A stretch of 63,427 nucleotides of DNA from an uncultured Ruminococcus sp. (GCA_964623635.1 CAZUUA010000010.1:1-63427); one strand, 5' to 3'; numbered from the stretch's first letter, positions 1 to 11,443 are shown. Translations and numbers: made by a program. The notes: a model not told the origin generated them from the sequence alone.

Positions 1-132
1 GTTTGCTACTTAATACTTGCTATCTACTACCATACAGGTCTTTTTTGTGCTGTCCGCACAATTTGGTGCAGAACAGGATACAGGTAGAGTTTTTTCGTTT
101 TGGTGAAAGTCTGCTGAAAATCAATATTTCTA

Positions 133-807
133 TCACACCGCCGTCAGCAGCAGCGACTGATCCACGCAGCCATGCACCAGCTTCTCTTTGCTGAACCGGT
201 CGTCGTACAGCCACGGCTCCAGCTCTGCTTTCGTCAGCAGCAGCGGCATCCGGTCGTGGATGGTGCGAATGGCAGGTAGGGGAGATGTGGTCAGGATCAC
301 GGCACGTTCGTCGGTGTTCTTCGTATTATCGCCAAAACTGTGGGTTATGGCTGCCAGGTACAGCGGTTCGGTGGTGCCAATGTGGTATTTCTGCCGACTG
401 CCGTCCTCGCAGGTGCGCCATTCGTAGTACCCGGACGTGGGGATTGCTACCCGCCGTTCCAGTGCATCTCCACGGAAAAAATGCTTCTCCAACACCGTCT
501 CGGCTCGTGCGTTGATTACCAGCGTGGTTTTGGTGGGTGTCTCTGCCGTAACCCGTTCGTCCGGATCGGCTAAGGCACCGGCTAAGGTCAGTGCCACCGT
601 TTTCGATTGTCGTTTTTCCACCATGGGATAGCCCCAGCGCACCACCTTGGCACGCAAAAAATAGTGGCCGCCGTACAGCACCGGAATGTCATCGCCTGGA
701 AACACCTCTTTTCGCCGCAGAAACCGTTCGGTATTTCCACGCCGTTCCCGTTCGATGATCGCTGTCAGTTCGTCATCCTCGATCCACGATTGATATCTTC
801 CGCACAT
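133..807 (-). CDS. SOS response-associated peptidase (SRAP/YedK/HMCES family abasic-site protein)
   Basis: N-terminal MCGRY catalytic Cys, plus INARAET, GYYEW and IHDRMP motifs; directly downstream of the Y-family polymerase. Confidence 0.93.
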   Translation of the reverse strand: MCGRYQSWIEDDELTAIIERERRGNTERFLRRKEVFPGDDIPVLYGGHYFLRAKVVRWGYPMVEKRQSKTVALTLAGALADPDERVTAETPTKTTLVINARAETVLEKHFFRGDALERRVAIPTSGYYEWRTCEDGSRQKYHIGTTEPLYLAAITHSFGDNTKNTDERAVILTTSPLPAIRTIHDRMPLLLTKAELEPWLYDDRFSKEKLVHGCVDQSLLLTAV

Positions 808-828
808 ATATATTCTCCTAACTATTCA

Positions 829-2088
829 TTATAATTCTCTGTCATATCCAAATCGACGGGATGAGAGCTTGTCGGCTGCCAAGTAGGTGCCACAGGTGAT
901 GGCGTGATTTCCATATCGTTCCCGGATCTGGTCCACGGTGGATTCCAGTGTCAGCAGCCGTTCCCGCCGACCGTGATCCGTGAACAGATCCAGCTGCTCC
1001 GGCACACCGGCGTTGTCGATGTCGATGGCACGAATGGTCACAGAACGCAGGGGCAGCCGCCATACGTGCTTTCGCTGAAACAGTGCCACGCCTTCCCGGG
1101 CCAGCTCTCGTGCCAGCTGGGTGCGGTGGGGCAGTTTGCATTGGTACTCCCGGACGTTCATGTCGTTCTCTCGGATCTGCACGGACACGCCGCCGGCCGA
1201 CAAGCCATGCATCCGCAGCTTGGTGCCCACTTCCTCTGCCAGCTCCTCCAGCACGTACTGCACCTCAGTGTTGCTTTCCAGATCCCGAATCGTGGTGGTG
1301 CCGTGGCCGATGGATTTGATGGGCTCTACTTCGGTCTGCCACAGGACCCGTGCGTTTTCCAGTCCGTTGGCATATACCCATAGCACCTTCCCAAGTTTCC
1401 CAAGCCAAGCTTCCAGCAGTTCTACTTTCGTATTGGCAATGTCGCCGATGGTACGACAGCCACGATAGTAGATTTTTTTGTATGTCTTCATGCCCACACC
1501 CAGCATCTCAAAAGCCGGCAGTGGCCAAACGATCTCCCGAAACCGATCTTGTGGGATCTCCGTGGTGGCGTCCGGCTTTTTCATATCGGAGCCCAGTTTG
1601 GCGAAAACCTTGTTGAAGGACACACCTGCGGAGATGGTCAGTCCGGTTTCGGCTTTGACGGTGCGGCGGAGACGGTCTGCGATCTGTCGTCCGGAGCCAA
1701 ACAGATCCAGACTGGCCGTCACATCCAGCCAACATTCGTCGATGCCCATGGGTTCGATCTGGTCGGTGACCTGGGCATAGATCTGCCGCACCTGCCGGGA
1801 AAAGTACAGATATTCGTCGTAGTGGGGTTCGGTGACCACCAGTGCGGGGCATTTGAGCTTGGCCTGATAGATGCTCTCACCGGTTTGGATACCGAGACGT
1901 TTGGCAAGCATATTTTTCGCCAGCACGATGCCATGTCGTTCGTCGGTCTCACCACCCACGATCATGGGGACATTTTGCCACTGGGGATGCTTGCGGATCT
2001 CCACCGAGGCAAAGAAATTGTTGAGATCGCAGTGCAGGATCGTCCGCGCTGTGGTATCTGCTGCGATATCCGTTGCTATACCAGTCAT
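829..2088 (-). CDS. dinB: Y-family DNA polymerase (DinB/Pol IV-like)
   Basis: HCDLNNFFASVE, GIDE and AKLGSDMKKPD motifs; QLDLF beta-clamp motif; C-terminal IRERYG tail. Confidence 0.93.
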   Translation of the reverse strand: MTGIATDIAADTTARTILHCDLNNFFASVEIRKHPQWQNVPMIVGGETDERHGIVLAKNMLAKRLGIQTGESIYQAKLKCPALVVTEPHYDEYLYFSRQVRQIYAQVTDQIEPMGIDECWLDVTASLDLFGSGRQIADRLRRTVKAETGLTISAGVSFNKVFAKLGSDMKKPDATTEIPQDRFREIVWPLPAFEMLGVGMKTYKKIYYRGCRTIGDIANTKVELLEAWLGKLGKVLWVYANGLENARVLWQTEVEPIKSIGHGTTTIRDLESNTEVQYVLEELAEEVGTKLRMHGLSAGGVSVQIRENDMNVREYQCKLPHRTQLARELAREGVALFQRKHVWRLPLRSVTIRAIDIDNAGVPEQLDLFTDHGRRERLLTLESTVDQIRERYGNHAITCGTYLAADKLSSRRFGYDREL

Positions 2089-2144
2089 GTGTACCTCCCA
2101 AAAAAGAACTGATTTTTCGTCCCCGAGTTTGGAACGAACGGTGA

Positions 2145-2224
2145 GAACGAGTGTTTACGCATCTATTATACACGAACAGCGGTTCTTTGTCAAGGGGTTT
2201 CACAAAAAAAGTGAACGAAAGTTT
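2145..2224. promoter_or_regulatory. LexA (Cheo/DinR) boxes
   Basis: GAAC-AGCG-GTTC at 2174-2185 inside the promoter spacer; GAAC-N4-GTTT at 2145-2156 and 2213-2224. Confidence 0.85.
2165..2193 (-). promoter_or_regulatory. Sigma-A promoter of dinB-SRAP
   Basis: TTGACA (2193-2188), 17 bp spacer, TATAAT (2170-2165): perfect consensus. Confidence 0.9.
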
Positions 2225-2246
2225 GTGGCAAATTTTCGCAAAACCC

Positions 2247-2273
2247 AAAAAGCACCCAGGGGTGGATGCTTTT
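2247..2273 (-). terminator. Rho-independent terminator
   Basis: AAAAGCACCC...GGATGCTTTT hairpin with T-tract, downstream of the minus-strand gene ending at 2380. Confidence 0.6.
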
Positions 2274-2379
2274 CGGTAGCGTTATTGTTGGATGAGACTT
2301 GCGTATCCGTCCCAGCAGTATCCTCCGGGATCCAGGTAGCGGTGTTGTAGCCATTTCAGGTCGGCGTGGTTCAACCGGC

Positions 2380-2706
2380 TCATGCACCTTGCAGAAAATA
2401 TGCCGCCATGGCGATGATCACCACGATACCGGGCAGCATGGCAATGCCCACGTTCAGTCCGATGGAGAGACGATCACGACCGCTCTTTTTTCCATCCAGA
2501 TAGCGCAGGATGGGTACGGCGATAAAGATCGCCAAGAAGATCGGCAAAATGACGCCAATGGGGATCAGATGCCACTTTAAGTACAGCACACCCAGCAGCG
2601 TTGCCACCAGTAGCAGGATCAGCTCTGCCAGATGATACTTTGTGAACAACGGCACACCTGGCGTTGGCGTACCCAGCGTGGGTATTTTGTTTGGTTTCTC
2701 AGACAT
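2380..2706 (-). CDS. Small membrane protein (about 3 TM helices), hypothetical
   Basis: Hydrophobic segments; GGAGG RBS; start overlaps the upstream gene's stop. Confidence 0.7.
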   Translation of the reverse strand: MSEKPNKIPTLGTPTPGVPLFTKYHLAELILLLVATLLGVLYLKWHLIPIGVILPIFLAIFIAVPILRYLDGKKSGRDRLSIGLNVGIAMLPGIVVIIAMAAYFLQGA

Positions 2707-5700
2707 GGTTTCCACCTTCTTCCTCTTCTTCCCGTTCTCTGCGGATCAATAGCACCGTGATGCTCACCGTGGCTACGATCAACAGCAGCAGGATATAGAG
2801 TATTTCCGTATCGTATCGACCGGCGGTCACAGGGGCACCCGGCGGCGTGAACCGTGCGGTCAGTGTGTCGGTGCCCAATAGGGTACTGTCCACCCAAATG
2901 GAGATCAGATCCAGGGTGATCTCCGTGTCTCCCGACAGCATCACGCCAATGTAGCCACAGCGCATGGAGTCGACCAGCCCCGTCAGCGGACAGGTCACGG
3001 TCATGATCTCTCCGTCAACAGCATTCACAGGATATTCCATACGCCAGTCCTCGGCGCCTAAGAAGAACACCACTGTAGAAGCGCTGCCGGTGCCGGACAA
3101 GGCATTGCCGGTACCTGACAAGCGAAAGGAGAACGACAGGGTATCCACATCGGACAGATCTACACTGCCGGCAAAGTTCCGCAGCAGGATCCCGTCCGCA
3201 TTGGCTTCATCTCGGAGCGGTACAGTGGCACGCAGCACACGGGTAGGTTCCCCGGTCAGGGTACGCATTTCTGCACTGTAGGTCGTGGCGATCGTGCCAA
3301 TGCCACCACTGCCAATGAAGCCGTCTGCACTGTAGGACGTGGCAAAATCCCATAGAGTATACCGGCTGGAGCTTTCTTCTTGTTCGGCGATACCGGGCGT
3401 CAGGATACCGGTTCGGGAGATGACCTGCCGGGTGTGGATCTGCTTACCGGATGGATCCTGTAGGTAGGTCATGTCCACATACAGTGCCGGGTCCACTTTG
3501 TCGGCGATCCGACCAAGGGACAACACCACCGCACGAGGAGAGGCAGATGCCAATGCCTGACACAGCGCCTCGTAACGAGAGGTCAAAAGATAGGGTACGG
3601 TCTCATTGGTCAGGCAGGTCTCCGGCTCCCAGCGATAGAGAAAGTCCCGGAAGGCAGAGATCCCCAGCTGCTGCAGCGTGTTCTTCCATCGACCCGGCAG
3701 CGCTGCGGTCTCGGTCAGGTTCGAACCACCGGGCAGGATATCGCTCTCGAACCGCCAGGATGCGACCCAGGGAATGTCCCCAAGCTCCTCCAGTGCATCC
3801 GCAAAGAGCAACACTGCCAGAGCAGGAGACAGGGTCGTTGTGTTTTCCAGATTGCCGTTCTGTTGGTACACATGGTCGTCGGAGAAGGGTACCACGACGT
3901 ACACATCCGGTATGGACAGCCGTGCGATCTCGTAAGTCATGGCCGCCAGATGGGCAATGCGACCCATCACAGCAGACGGCGAATCGGTTTGGACAAGGCC
4001 GCTGTATTGGCTGTGGTTGATACCCTTGCCCAGTGTGATGGACGCCACACCGGTGTAGCGACTGCACAGATAGGACAGCACAGCCCCATATGCGGCCGCC
4101 GCTTCTTCTGTATCCACCAAGGGCAGATAGGTCTCTGCCAGACAGGTTTCTGCTCGGTAGGTTTCTGCCGGACAGGACCCTTCGGAGTAATCGTTGTCGT
4201 CGAAAGGTTCCGATGACAAAATCCGCAGGCTGACCTCCAGACCGGCATCGATGTAGAACAGCACATCGTTGTCCAGCGTCTTCAGATAGTCCTGGGACAA
4301 ATGCCAGCTTCTGCCGCCAAAGGAGCACACCACACCGGTGCCGCTCTGGTTGGTCAGCTTATCCCAATATACATCCACGGTCACATGGGATACATTGGAC
4401 TCAAAGACACCCACCGTGTCCGCACCGTGGAGCCCGAACATGGACACGGTGCAGGCTGTCGGATCGGTGCCGGAAAGCATCTGTGGTTCGGAGAGGGGCA
4501 GATACACGATCTCCGGTGCGGCGGCAGGATCTTGTACCGGCACTTCCACACGAATGGCAGCGTAAAACAGGTAGGCAGCGGCATAGGTGCGCACACTGTC
4601 TGTGGGCAGCGTAAAGGTGAAGTTTTTGGACACACGCATACGGGCCAGCTCCACGGCATCGGTCAGGTCGCAGCGATCCCATAAGGGCACCGCCAGAAGG
4701 GCAATGTCGCTTTCCCCATGATCGATGACGGCCTGCCGGGTCAGCTTACCACTACACAGCACACGACCGTCCTCCACGGTAAGCGCCGTCACACTGCCAA
4801 GGTTGCCGTCCTGCCAGCTCTGCCCGGTGGTTTCCTTGGGATAAAACACCACCTTGGTCACCTGAAATGTGGAGGAGGTCGTACTTTTTACGCCTTGGAA
4901 ATGTAGGCTGTATCTGTTTGGCGTGGCAGTGTGCTGCAGATACCGACCGCCAAAGAGCCCATCGCCATCGGTGGTATACGGCGGTGCAGGGACGGGAAAG
5001 GTGTAGGTGTGGGTACCGGCCTGTACGGTCAAGGACGCAGAGCTGTACCAGTTTTCTCCATAGGAGGCACCGGTGGAGATCGTACCGCCGTCGGCTGTAC
5101 CCGATACCGTGACTGCCATATACCAGCCGGATACGGAGCTGTCCACATATTGGGGCAACAGCAGATCGGCCGAAAGACTGACCGCACCACCGCTGTCCGG
5201 CGTCATGGCAAGATGGGCTGACTGCACATTCACCGCACCCAAGGATACATCGAACTGCTCCGCGGCAAAACGGTTCACAAAAGCACAGCTGGTCTCTGTC
5301 GTGCAAGGTGAGGTCAGACGCAGCTGGGACGGCGTACCGGCGGTGGTATCGACATGAATCTGGATGGCATCCACGTCTTTGCGCTGGGCAATGGTGGGAA
5401 TGGCACTGTAGACCACATACCACCTGTCCGGCTCGATCTGCACCGTGCCCACCATGCTGTTGTTACCACAGGAGACCGTGGTGGTGATGGTGTAGGGCAC
5501 AGCTCCCGTCTCACCGGAACCGATGTAGATGCCGTAGCACAGGGAACGGGCACCACCGAGGGAAATCGGATCCAGATACTGGAAGGACAGATACCCTTCC
5601 TTGGCAGACAGATCCTGCAAGAGCAGCAGACCCAGCTTCTCGTATTCGCTGCGTGTGGGATGGGAAGGAACGTCTCCGGCAAATTCCCAGTGACCGGAAA

Positions 5701-5869
5701 AGTCGTCCACCGGCTCGGTCAGATACTCCGTCAGCGTACCGGAATCGCCTACCGGCCGCACATAGGCATTCTGAAAAGCAGCTGCCGATACGACCGGAGA
5801 AAGTATCAGAAACAGGCAGATAAACAGCAGGTAAAAAAGTTCTCGCTTGATATATCGCAAAGGCAGCAA
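2699..5869 (-). CDS. Large secreted, C-terminally anchored protein with a DUF5722-like (GH-like barrel) domain
   Basis: AAAGGAG RBS before a TTG start; signal peptide; LDNDVLFYIDAGLEVSLRIL and YGAVLSYLCSRY segments resemble DUF5722; C-terminal TM helix and charged tail. Confidence 0.6.
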   Translation of the reverse strand: MLPLRYIKRELFYLLFICLFLILSPVVSAAAFQNAYVRPVGDSGTLTEYLTEPVDDFSGHWEFAGDVPSHPTRSEYEKLGLLLLQDLSAKEGYLSFQYLDPISLGGARSLCYGIYIGSGETGAVPYTITTTVSCGNNSMVGTVQIEPDRWYVVYSAIPTIAQRKDVDAIQIHVDTTAGTPSQLRLTSPCTTETSCAFVNRFAAEQFDVSLGAVNVQSAHLAMTPDSGGAVSLSADLLLPQYVDSSVSGWYMAVTVSGTADGGTISTGASYGENWYSSASLTVQAGTHTYTFPVPAPPYTTDGDGLFGGRYLQHTATPNRYSLHFQGVKSTTSSTFQVTKVVFYPKETTGQSWQDGNLGSVTALTVEDGRVLCSGKLTRQAVIDHGESDIALLAVPLWDRCDLTDAVELARMRVSKNFTFTLPTDSVRTYAAAYLFYAAIRVEVPVQDPAAAPEIVYLPLSEPQMLSGTDPTACTVSMFGLHGADTVGVFESNVSHVTVDVYWDKLTNQSGTGVVCSFGGRSWHLSQDYLKTLDNDVLFYIDAGLEVSLRILSSEPFDDNDYSEGSCPAETYRAETCLAETYLPLVDTEEAAAAYGAVLSYLCSRYTGVASITLGKGINHSQYSGLVQTDSPSAVMGRIAHLAAMTYEIARLSIPDVYVVVPFSDDHVYQQNGNLENTTTLSPALAVLLFADALEELGDIPWVASWRFESDILPGGSNLTETAALPGRWKNTLQQLGISAFRDFLYRWEPETCLTNETVPYLLTSRYEALCQALASASPRAVVLSLGRIADKVDPALYVDMTYLQDPSGKQIHTRQVISRTGILTPGIAEQEESSSRYTLWDFATSYSADGFIGSGGIGTIATTYSAEMRTLTGEPTRVLRATVPLRDEANADGILLRNFAGSVDLSDVDTLSFSFRLSGTGNALSGTGSASTVVFFLGAEDWRMEYPVNAVDGEIMTVTCPLTGLVDSMRCGYIGVMLSGDTEITLDLISIWVDSTLLGTDTLTARFTPPGAPVTAGRYDTEILYILLLLIVATVSITVLLIRREREEEEEGGNHV

Positions 5870-5910
5870 CTCCTTTCTGTTGGGATGAAAATAGGGTATA
5901 TGCCTTTACT

Positions 5911-8226
5911 TTACACCAGCAGCTCGCAGACCAGATCCCGGCCGGCTTCGGTGTGGTAGGTGTGATCCTTGCCGTGTACACGCACCGTCACAGGACCGCC
6001 GCAGATGGAATGGATGGTGAAGCGTACCACACGGCGATTCTTCCAGATCATGTCCACACGGAACCCACCACGGGCACACAGGCCGCTGACCTTCCCGGAG
6101 GCCCAGGCAGGATCGGTGGGCAGTGCCGGCAGCAGAACGATCTTGCCGTCGTGGCTGGCCAGCAGCATCTCTGCGATCCCGTTGGCGCCGCCGAAGTTGC
6201 CATCGATCTGGAACGGCGGATGGTTGTCGAACATATTGGGCAGGGTACACTTGGCAAGCAGTGCGTTCAGGTTTTCCAGACACTTGTCGCCCTGACCCAG
6301 ACGGGCATAGAAATTCACGATCCAGGCACGGCTCCAACCGGTATGACCACCGCCGGCAGCCAGTCGTCTTTCCAGCGTGACACCGGCGGCACGAAGCAGT
6401 TCCGGTGTGCTTTCCGTGATCTGGGCAGAAGGATGCAGCGCATACAGCTGGGACACGTGTCTGTGACCCGGTTCGGTCTCCTCGAAGTCTTCGCTCCATT
6501 CCATGATCTGTCCGTATTGACCGATCTGGATGGGAGGCAGTCTGTCGGCCGCTTCTTTCAGCTTGTCACACAGCGGCTCGTCTCCACGACCCAAGAGCGC
6601 CAGTGCCGATGCGGTCTGGTGGAACAGATCACGCAGGATGGCGTTGTCCATAGCGGGACCGGCACAAATGGCGCACACCTGCCCGGTCACAGGATCCCGG
6701 AAGTGGTTTTCCGGCGAGTTGGAAGGACAGGTCACCAGATACCCGGTGCGGGGATCCTCTACCAGAAAATCGAGGAAGAATTTGGCAGCGCCGGTCAGCA
6801 CATCGATGTAGTCCGACAGCACCTTTTTGTCCCCGGAGAAGGCATACCGTTCCCAAATGTGGGTACAGCACCAGGCGCCGGCTGCCATAAAGGAACCCCA
6901 GGAGGCGTTCTGTCCCGGTGCCGTGAAGCCCCAAGGTGTGGTACTGGTATGGGCACACCAGCCGTCTGCACCGTATTGGATCTTGGCGGTTCGGGCACCA
7001 TGCTCGGCTAAGAAGCGGATATAGTCGAAGTGAGGCGCATTCAGTTCCCCTAAATTACAGGTCTCCGACAGCCAATAGTTCATCTGCAGGTTGATGTTGA
7101 TGTGGTAGTCGCCGCTCCAGGGTGTTTCATAGGTGTCGGCCCAGATGCCTTGCAGGTTGGCAGGAAGTTTACAATTGTAGGAAGAACATACCAGCAGGTA
7201 TCTGCCAAAGGCGAAATAGGTGATGAGCAGACCGGTATCCGATTCCCCTTCCTTGACCCGGCGAATGCGTTCATCGGTGGGAATGGCACGAAGCCCGGGA
7301 TCCTTGCCATCCAGCTCCAGCTGCACTCGGTTCATAAAGCCGGAGAGAATGTGTGCCGATTCCGAGAACATATCTTCAATGTCGGAAGCGGAATGGACGG
7401 GATGCTTCTCGATCCTGGCGATGCAGGCGGCATAGGGCACCTCCGGATCCTGACACAGCACCACGCCAATATCCGGCTTCGGCGGTGCATAGGTGGTCTC
7501 CGTATCCAGCACGATGGCAAGAGCGGTCACATCTTTGGCGACCAGTGCATCGTTCTCCCGGACAAGGGTGCCGCCGGTGGGATACAGCCGGGCAGCCGTA
7601 GCATAGGCAAGTCCTTCGCCTGCGGTGGGATCGCTTGGGAAAGCACCCTTGATGTACAGGGTACGCCCGGCCAGATCGGCGCCGCATACCCCATGGTCTC
7701 TGGTGAACCGGCAGGCTGCTGTGAACGGCGCCTCACTGGTGTAATAGCATACGGTCATACCGGCCGCCAGAGACGTGAATACATAGCGCTTGACCGACAC
7801 GTCTCCTGCCAGGAACCGGACAGACGCCAGTCCGCTGACCAGATCCAAGGTCCGGCTGTAGTCGGTGATGGTGTCGCTGCCATAGGTGAAATCGATGTGC
7901 AGCTCCCCTGCCGTTTGGTAGCTGCCGTAGGGACCCTTCTCTCCACGAGCCCCGGAGCCTGCGCCACGGCAGATCATGTAGGTGTTGGTCAGCTCTTCGC
8001 CACGGGCATAGTCTCCGGCAAAGATGGCCTTGCGGATCTCCTCCAGCATGGGTGCACAGTCCGGGTTGTCAGCCGCCGGATCGTATTTCCCACTCCAAAG
8101 AGATTCTTCGTTAAGCTGGATGGTCTCGTGCAGCGGATCGCCATAGACCATTGCGCCCAGGCGACCGTTGCCCAGCGGCAGTGCTTCTACCCATTGGGTA
8201 GCCGGTGCTTTGTAAAATAGTTCCAT
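5911..8226 (-). CDS. GH95 alpha-L-fucosidase family
   Basis: [43 protein letters not shown] and [10 protein letters not shown] motifs. Confidence 0.95.
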   Translation of the reverse strand: MELFYKAPATQWVEALPLGNGRLGAMVYGDPLHETIQLNEESLWSGKYDPAADNPDCAPMLEEIRKAIFAGDYARGEELTNTYMICRGAGSGARGEKGPYGSYQTAGELHIDFTYGSDTITDYSRTLDLVSGLASVRFLAGDVSVKRYVFTSLAAGMTVCYYTSEAPFTAACRFTRDHGVCGADLAGRTLYIKGAFPSDPTAGEGLAYATAARLYPTGGTLVRENDALVAKDVTALAIVLDTETTYAPPKPDIGVVLCQDPEVPYAACIARIEKHPVHSASDIEDMFSESAHILSGFMNRVQLELDGKDPGLRAIPTDERIRRVKEGESDTGLLITYFAFGRYLLVCSSYNCKLPANLQGIWADTYETPWSGDYHININLQMNYWLSETCNLGELNAPHFDYIRFLAEHGARTAKIQYGADGWCAHTSTTPWGFTAPGQNASWGSFMAAGAWCCTHIWERYAFSGDKKVLSDYIDVLTGAAKFFLDFLVEDPRTGYLVTCPSNSPENHFRDPVTGQVCAICAGPAMDNAILRDLFHQTASALALLGRGDEPLCDKLKEAADRLPPIQIGQYGQIMEWSEDFEETEPGHRHVSQLYALHPSAQITESTPELLRAAGVTLERRLAAGGGHTGWSRAWIVNFYARLGQGDKCLENLNALLAKCTLPNMFDNHPPFQIDGNFGGANGIAEMLLASHDGKIVLLPALPTDPAWASGKVSGLCARGGFRVDMIWKNRRVVRFTIHSICGGPVTVRVHGKDHTYHTEAGRDLVCELLV

Positions 8227-8451
8227 AGTGTACTCCTTTTGGGCTTCTTGTATCATATGGTTATCATACCACATTTCCGATCAAAATGCAAGGGATATTT
8301 TGTGAATAGGAGAAGATGGCAGCGCACCGACGGAAAAATGTGTCGCTGTCAAGAGCACGAAAACAATTATTCACACCAAATCTCTTGCAATTCCGGGGAA
8401 AATGTGGTACTATATCTTCATACAAAAAATCCAACGAAAACGAGGTACATC

Positions 8452-10545
8452 ATGAACGCTATTTGGGCAAAGGGGCTGCTAGACGCCCGGAACATCACAC
8501 TGACCTTTCAATATACGCTGACACCAAAGGCAGACACCAAGCTGACCTTGGCGGCTTCCAATCTCTACCGTCTGTTCGTAGACGGTGTGCTGGTGGGATA
8601 CGGACCGGCCAGAGCAGCCCACGGCTATTCTCGCCTGGACAAATACGACCTTGCCAAGTGGGCAGGACAGAAGGTGACCATTGCCATCGACGTGCATTCT
8701 GCCAATGTGAACAGCTTTTACGTGGTGGACGAGCATCCCTTCTTCGCCGCAGAGATCACGGAAAACGACACGACCATCGCCACTGCCGCCGACTTCACGG
8801 CCTATCGGATGACAGAACGGGTACAGAAGGTGCGCCGGTTCAGCTTCCAGCGTACGTTCACGGAGATCTATCACCTGACCGACGATCCCACCGCTTTCTA
8901 TGCCGGTGCTACCGGTGACCGTGTGCCGGTGGAGACCGAGACCGCCAACATGAACAAGCTGCTGCCCCGCTACGCCCACTACCCCAAGCTGGATCTGCTG
9001 CCGACCAAGACGTTTGTAGAATACGGCAAGATCGGCATCGATACCACCGTAGCACCGTGGCATGACAGAGCCTACCAGGTGGACAACGACAAGTTCATGG
9101 GCTTTTTCCCGGCTGAGCTGGAAGAAGACGCCGGAGACGAAGCAGGGCAGTTCACCTATGCAGCGATCGCCGACGGGAAAGCCGAGGAGCTGGGTCCCAT
9201 GATGTATCAGGTATGCGACTTCGGCAGAACGGTCACCGGCTTCTTCTCCTTCCGGCTCCAGGCAAAGACGCCGACGACCATGTACATCCTCTTTGACGAG
9301 ATCCTGACCGACAAGGGCACCTACAAGGAAGTGTCGCCTTTCCGGAATACCTGCTGCAACGTGGTGAAGTACACCTTTGCACCGGGGACGTACCACTGCA
9401 TCTCCATGGAAGCCAACGCTGCTCGCTTTGCCAATGTGGTGATCACGGAAGGCACGGCAGATCTGTCCGACTTTGGAATGGTGCTGTACGAAAACCCCGA
9501 TGCGGCAGATTTCCGCTACGACTACGGTGACGCTGAGCTGAACAAGATCGTGGCGGCAGCGGTGAACACCTTTGCCCAGAACGCCGTGGACATCCTGACC
9601 GACTGCCCGTCCAGAGAGCGTGCCGGTTGGCTGTGTGACAGCTACTTCTCGTCCCGTGCGGAATATTTGTTCACCGGCGAAAATGTAGTGGAAAAGAGCT
9701 TCCTCCAGAACTACGCCATGGCACACCAGTCTCCCTTCCTGCCGGAGAAGATGCTGCCCATGTGCTATCCGGCCGACCACAACGACCACACCTACATCCC
9801 CAACTGGACCATGTGGTATATCCTGGAGCTGCGCAACTATGTCAAGCGCACTGGAGACAAAGAGATGCTCGCTTCCTCAAAGGACAAGGTCTATGGACTG
9901 GTGGAATTCTTTTCTCGGTACTACAACGAGTTCGGTCTACTGGAAAACCTGGAAAGCTGGGTGTTCATTGAATGGAGCAAGTGTAACGATAAGGACTACA
10001 TCTGTGGCGTGAACTACCCGTCCAACATGATCTGGGCGGCCGCACTGGAAGCGGTGGCAGAGATGTACGACGATCCGGCACTGGCTGCACAGAGCAAGCG
10101 GATGAAGGAGATGATCCGGACACTGGCGTGGAATGGCGAATTCTTCGAGGACAACGGCATTCGGGACAGCGAAGGCAATCTGTCCAAGACCGGTCACACC
10201 ACGGAGACCACCCAGTATTACGCTTTCTATTTTGGTACCGCCGACCGGGAAAGAGACGCTGCACTGTTTGAAAAGATGCTGACCAAGTTTGGCCCCAGAA
10301 GAGATACCGCTTCTGTGTATCCCACGGTGTATCCTTCCAACGCCATTGTGGGCAACTACCTGCGTTTGGAGCTGCTTACCGACTATGGCTACCACGATCA
10401 GGTGATCGCCGAGTGCCGTGCGTTCTTCTCCGGTATGGCCGACCTGACCGGTACCCTGTGGGAAAATTCTGTCCTCAGTGCCAGCCTGAACCACGGCTTT
10501 GCCTCTATGGCAGCGGTCTACATCGACGCTTGTGCCAAGAAATAA
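8452..10545 (+). CDS. GH78-like alpha-L-rhamnosidase
   Basis: GPARAAHG, DFG, TDCPSRERAGWLCD, GTLWE and SLNHG motifs. Confidence 0.85.
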   Translation: MNAIWAKGLLDARNITLTFQYTLTPKADTKLTLAASNLYRLFVDGVLVGYGPARAAHGYSRLDKYDLAKWAGQKVTIAIDVHSANVNSFYVVDEHPFFAAEITENDTTIATAADFTAYRMTERVQKVRRFSFQRTFTEIYHLTDDPTAFYAGATGDRVPVETETANMNKLLPRYAHYPKLDLLPTKTFVEYGKIGIDTTVAPWHDRAYQVDNDKFMGFFPAELEEDAGDEAGQFTYAAIADGKAEELGPMMYQVCDFGRTVTGFFSFRLQAKTPTTMYILFDEILTDKGTYKEVSPFRNTCCNVVKYTFAPGTYHCISMEANAARFANVVITEGTADLSDFGMVLYENPDAADFRYDYGDAELNKIVAAAVNTFAQNAVDILTDCPSRERAGWLCDSYFSSRAEYLFTGENVVEKSFLQNYAMAHQSPFLPEKMLPMCYPADHNDHTYIPNWTMWYILELRNYVKRTGDKEMLASSKDKVYGLVEFFSRYYNEFGLLENLESWVFIEWSKCNDKDYICGVNYPSNMIWAAALEAVAEMYDDPALAAQSKRMKEMIRTLAWNGEFFEDNGIRDSEGNLSKTGHTTETTQYYAFYFGTADRERDAALFEKMLTKFGPRRDTASVYPTVYPSNAIVGNYLRLELLTDYGYHDQVIAECRAFFSGMADLTGTLWENSVLSASLNHGFASMAAVYIDACAKK

Positions 10546-10630
10546 AGGAATCAAACCGGTTCTATCGAAATAGCGAAGCTGTTTCTACCATATATTTTCC
10601 ATTCTTCATCATTACCTAAAAGGACATACC

Positions 10631-11443
10631 ATGAGAATTGTAGTAAAAGTAGGTACCTCCACTCTGGCGCATCCCACGGGACACCTGAATATCCGACATA
10701 TGGAGAGCCTGTGCAAGGTGCTGTCGGACATCAAAAATGCCGGGCATCAGGTGATCTTAGTGTCCTCCGGTGCCATCGGTATGGGCATGGGCAAGCTGTC
10801 ACTCCGGGAGCGCCCCAAGACCCAAGTCGGCAAACAGGCTGCCGCAGCGGTGGGACAGTGTGAGCTGATGTACACCTACGACAAATTGTTTTCCGAATAC
10901 AACCACACCATCGCCCAGATCCTGCTGACCGGCGGCGACGTGCGGGACCCGGAGCGGCGTGAGAACTTCACCAGCACCATGGAGCATTTGCTCGACATGC
11001 GTGTGCTGCCCATCATCAACGAAAACGACACCGTGTCCACGGAAGAGCTGGGTATCGGCGACAACGACACCTTGGGCGCCATCGTGGCCACATCCATCCA
11101 CGCCGATCTGCTGGTGCTGTTGTCCGACATCGACGGCCTGTTCACCGACGACCCACGGCAGGTACCGGACGCCAAGCTGATCCCGGAGATCCACGAGATC
11201 ACAGCGGAGATCTTGGCACACGCCGGTGGTAAGGGATCCGAGATCGGTACCGGCGGTATGGCGACCAAGCTCAGCGCAGCCCAGATGGTCATGGAAGCCG
11301 GCGGAGATATGCTCATTGCCAACGGAAAAGATCCGGCCATCCTGTACGACATTCTGGACGGCAAGCCGGTGGGAACCAGATTCATCGGAGCAACTCCAGT
11401 TGCTCCAGCACCAGTTGCTCCAGCAAAGGAGGAGATGGCATGA
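10631..11443 (+). CDS. proB: Glutamate 5-kinase (short form, no PUA domain)
   Basis: [27 protein letters not shown] and GTGGMATKL motifs. Confidence 0.97.
   Translation: MRIVVKVGTSTLAHPTGHLNIRHMESLCKVLSDIKNAGHQVILVSSGAIGMGMGKLSLRERPKTQVGKQAAAAVGQCELMYTYDKLFSEYNHTIAQILLTGGDVRDPERRENFTSTMEHLLDMRVLPIINENDTVSTEELGIGDNDTLGAIVATSIHADLLVLLSDIDGLFTDDPRQVPDAKLIPEIHEITAEILAHAGGKGSEIGTGGMATKLSAAQMVMEAGGDMLIANGKDPAILYDILDGKPVGTRFIGATPVAPAPVAPAKEEMA

Noticed and set aside
133-2088. dinB-SRAP as evidence of a prophage or ICE
   Set aside because: No integrase, att site or compositional shift is visible; sequence left of the window is unknown
8239-8451. Extended N-termini in the ORF track (GH78, GH95, potA, SulP, Gfo/Idh, binding proteins)
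   Set aside because: The extensions run through promoter or intergenic DNA; downstream ATGs have RBSs and match family starts
10631-11443. proB without a PUA domain as a pseudogene
   Set aside because: Short ProB forms are widespread; motifs are intact and the stop is coupled to the proA start
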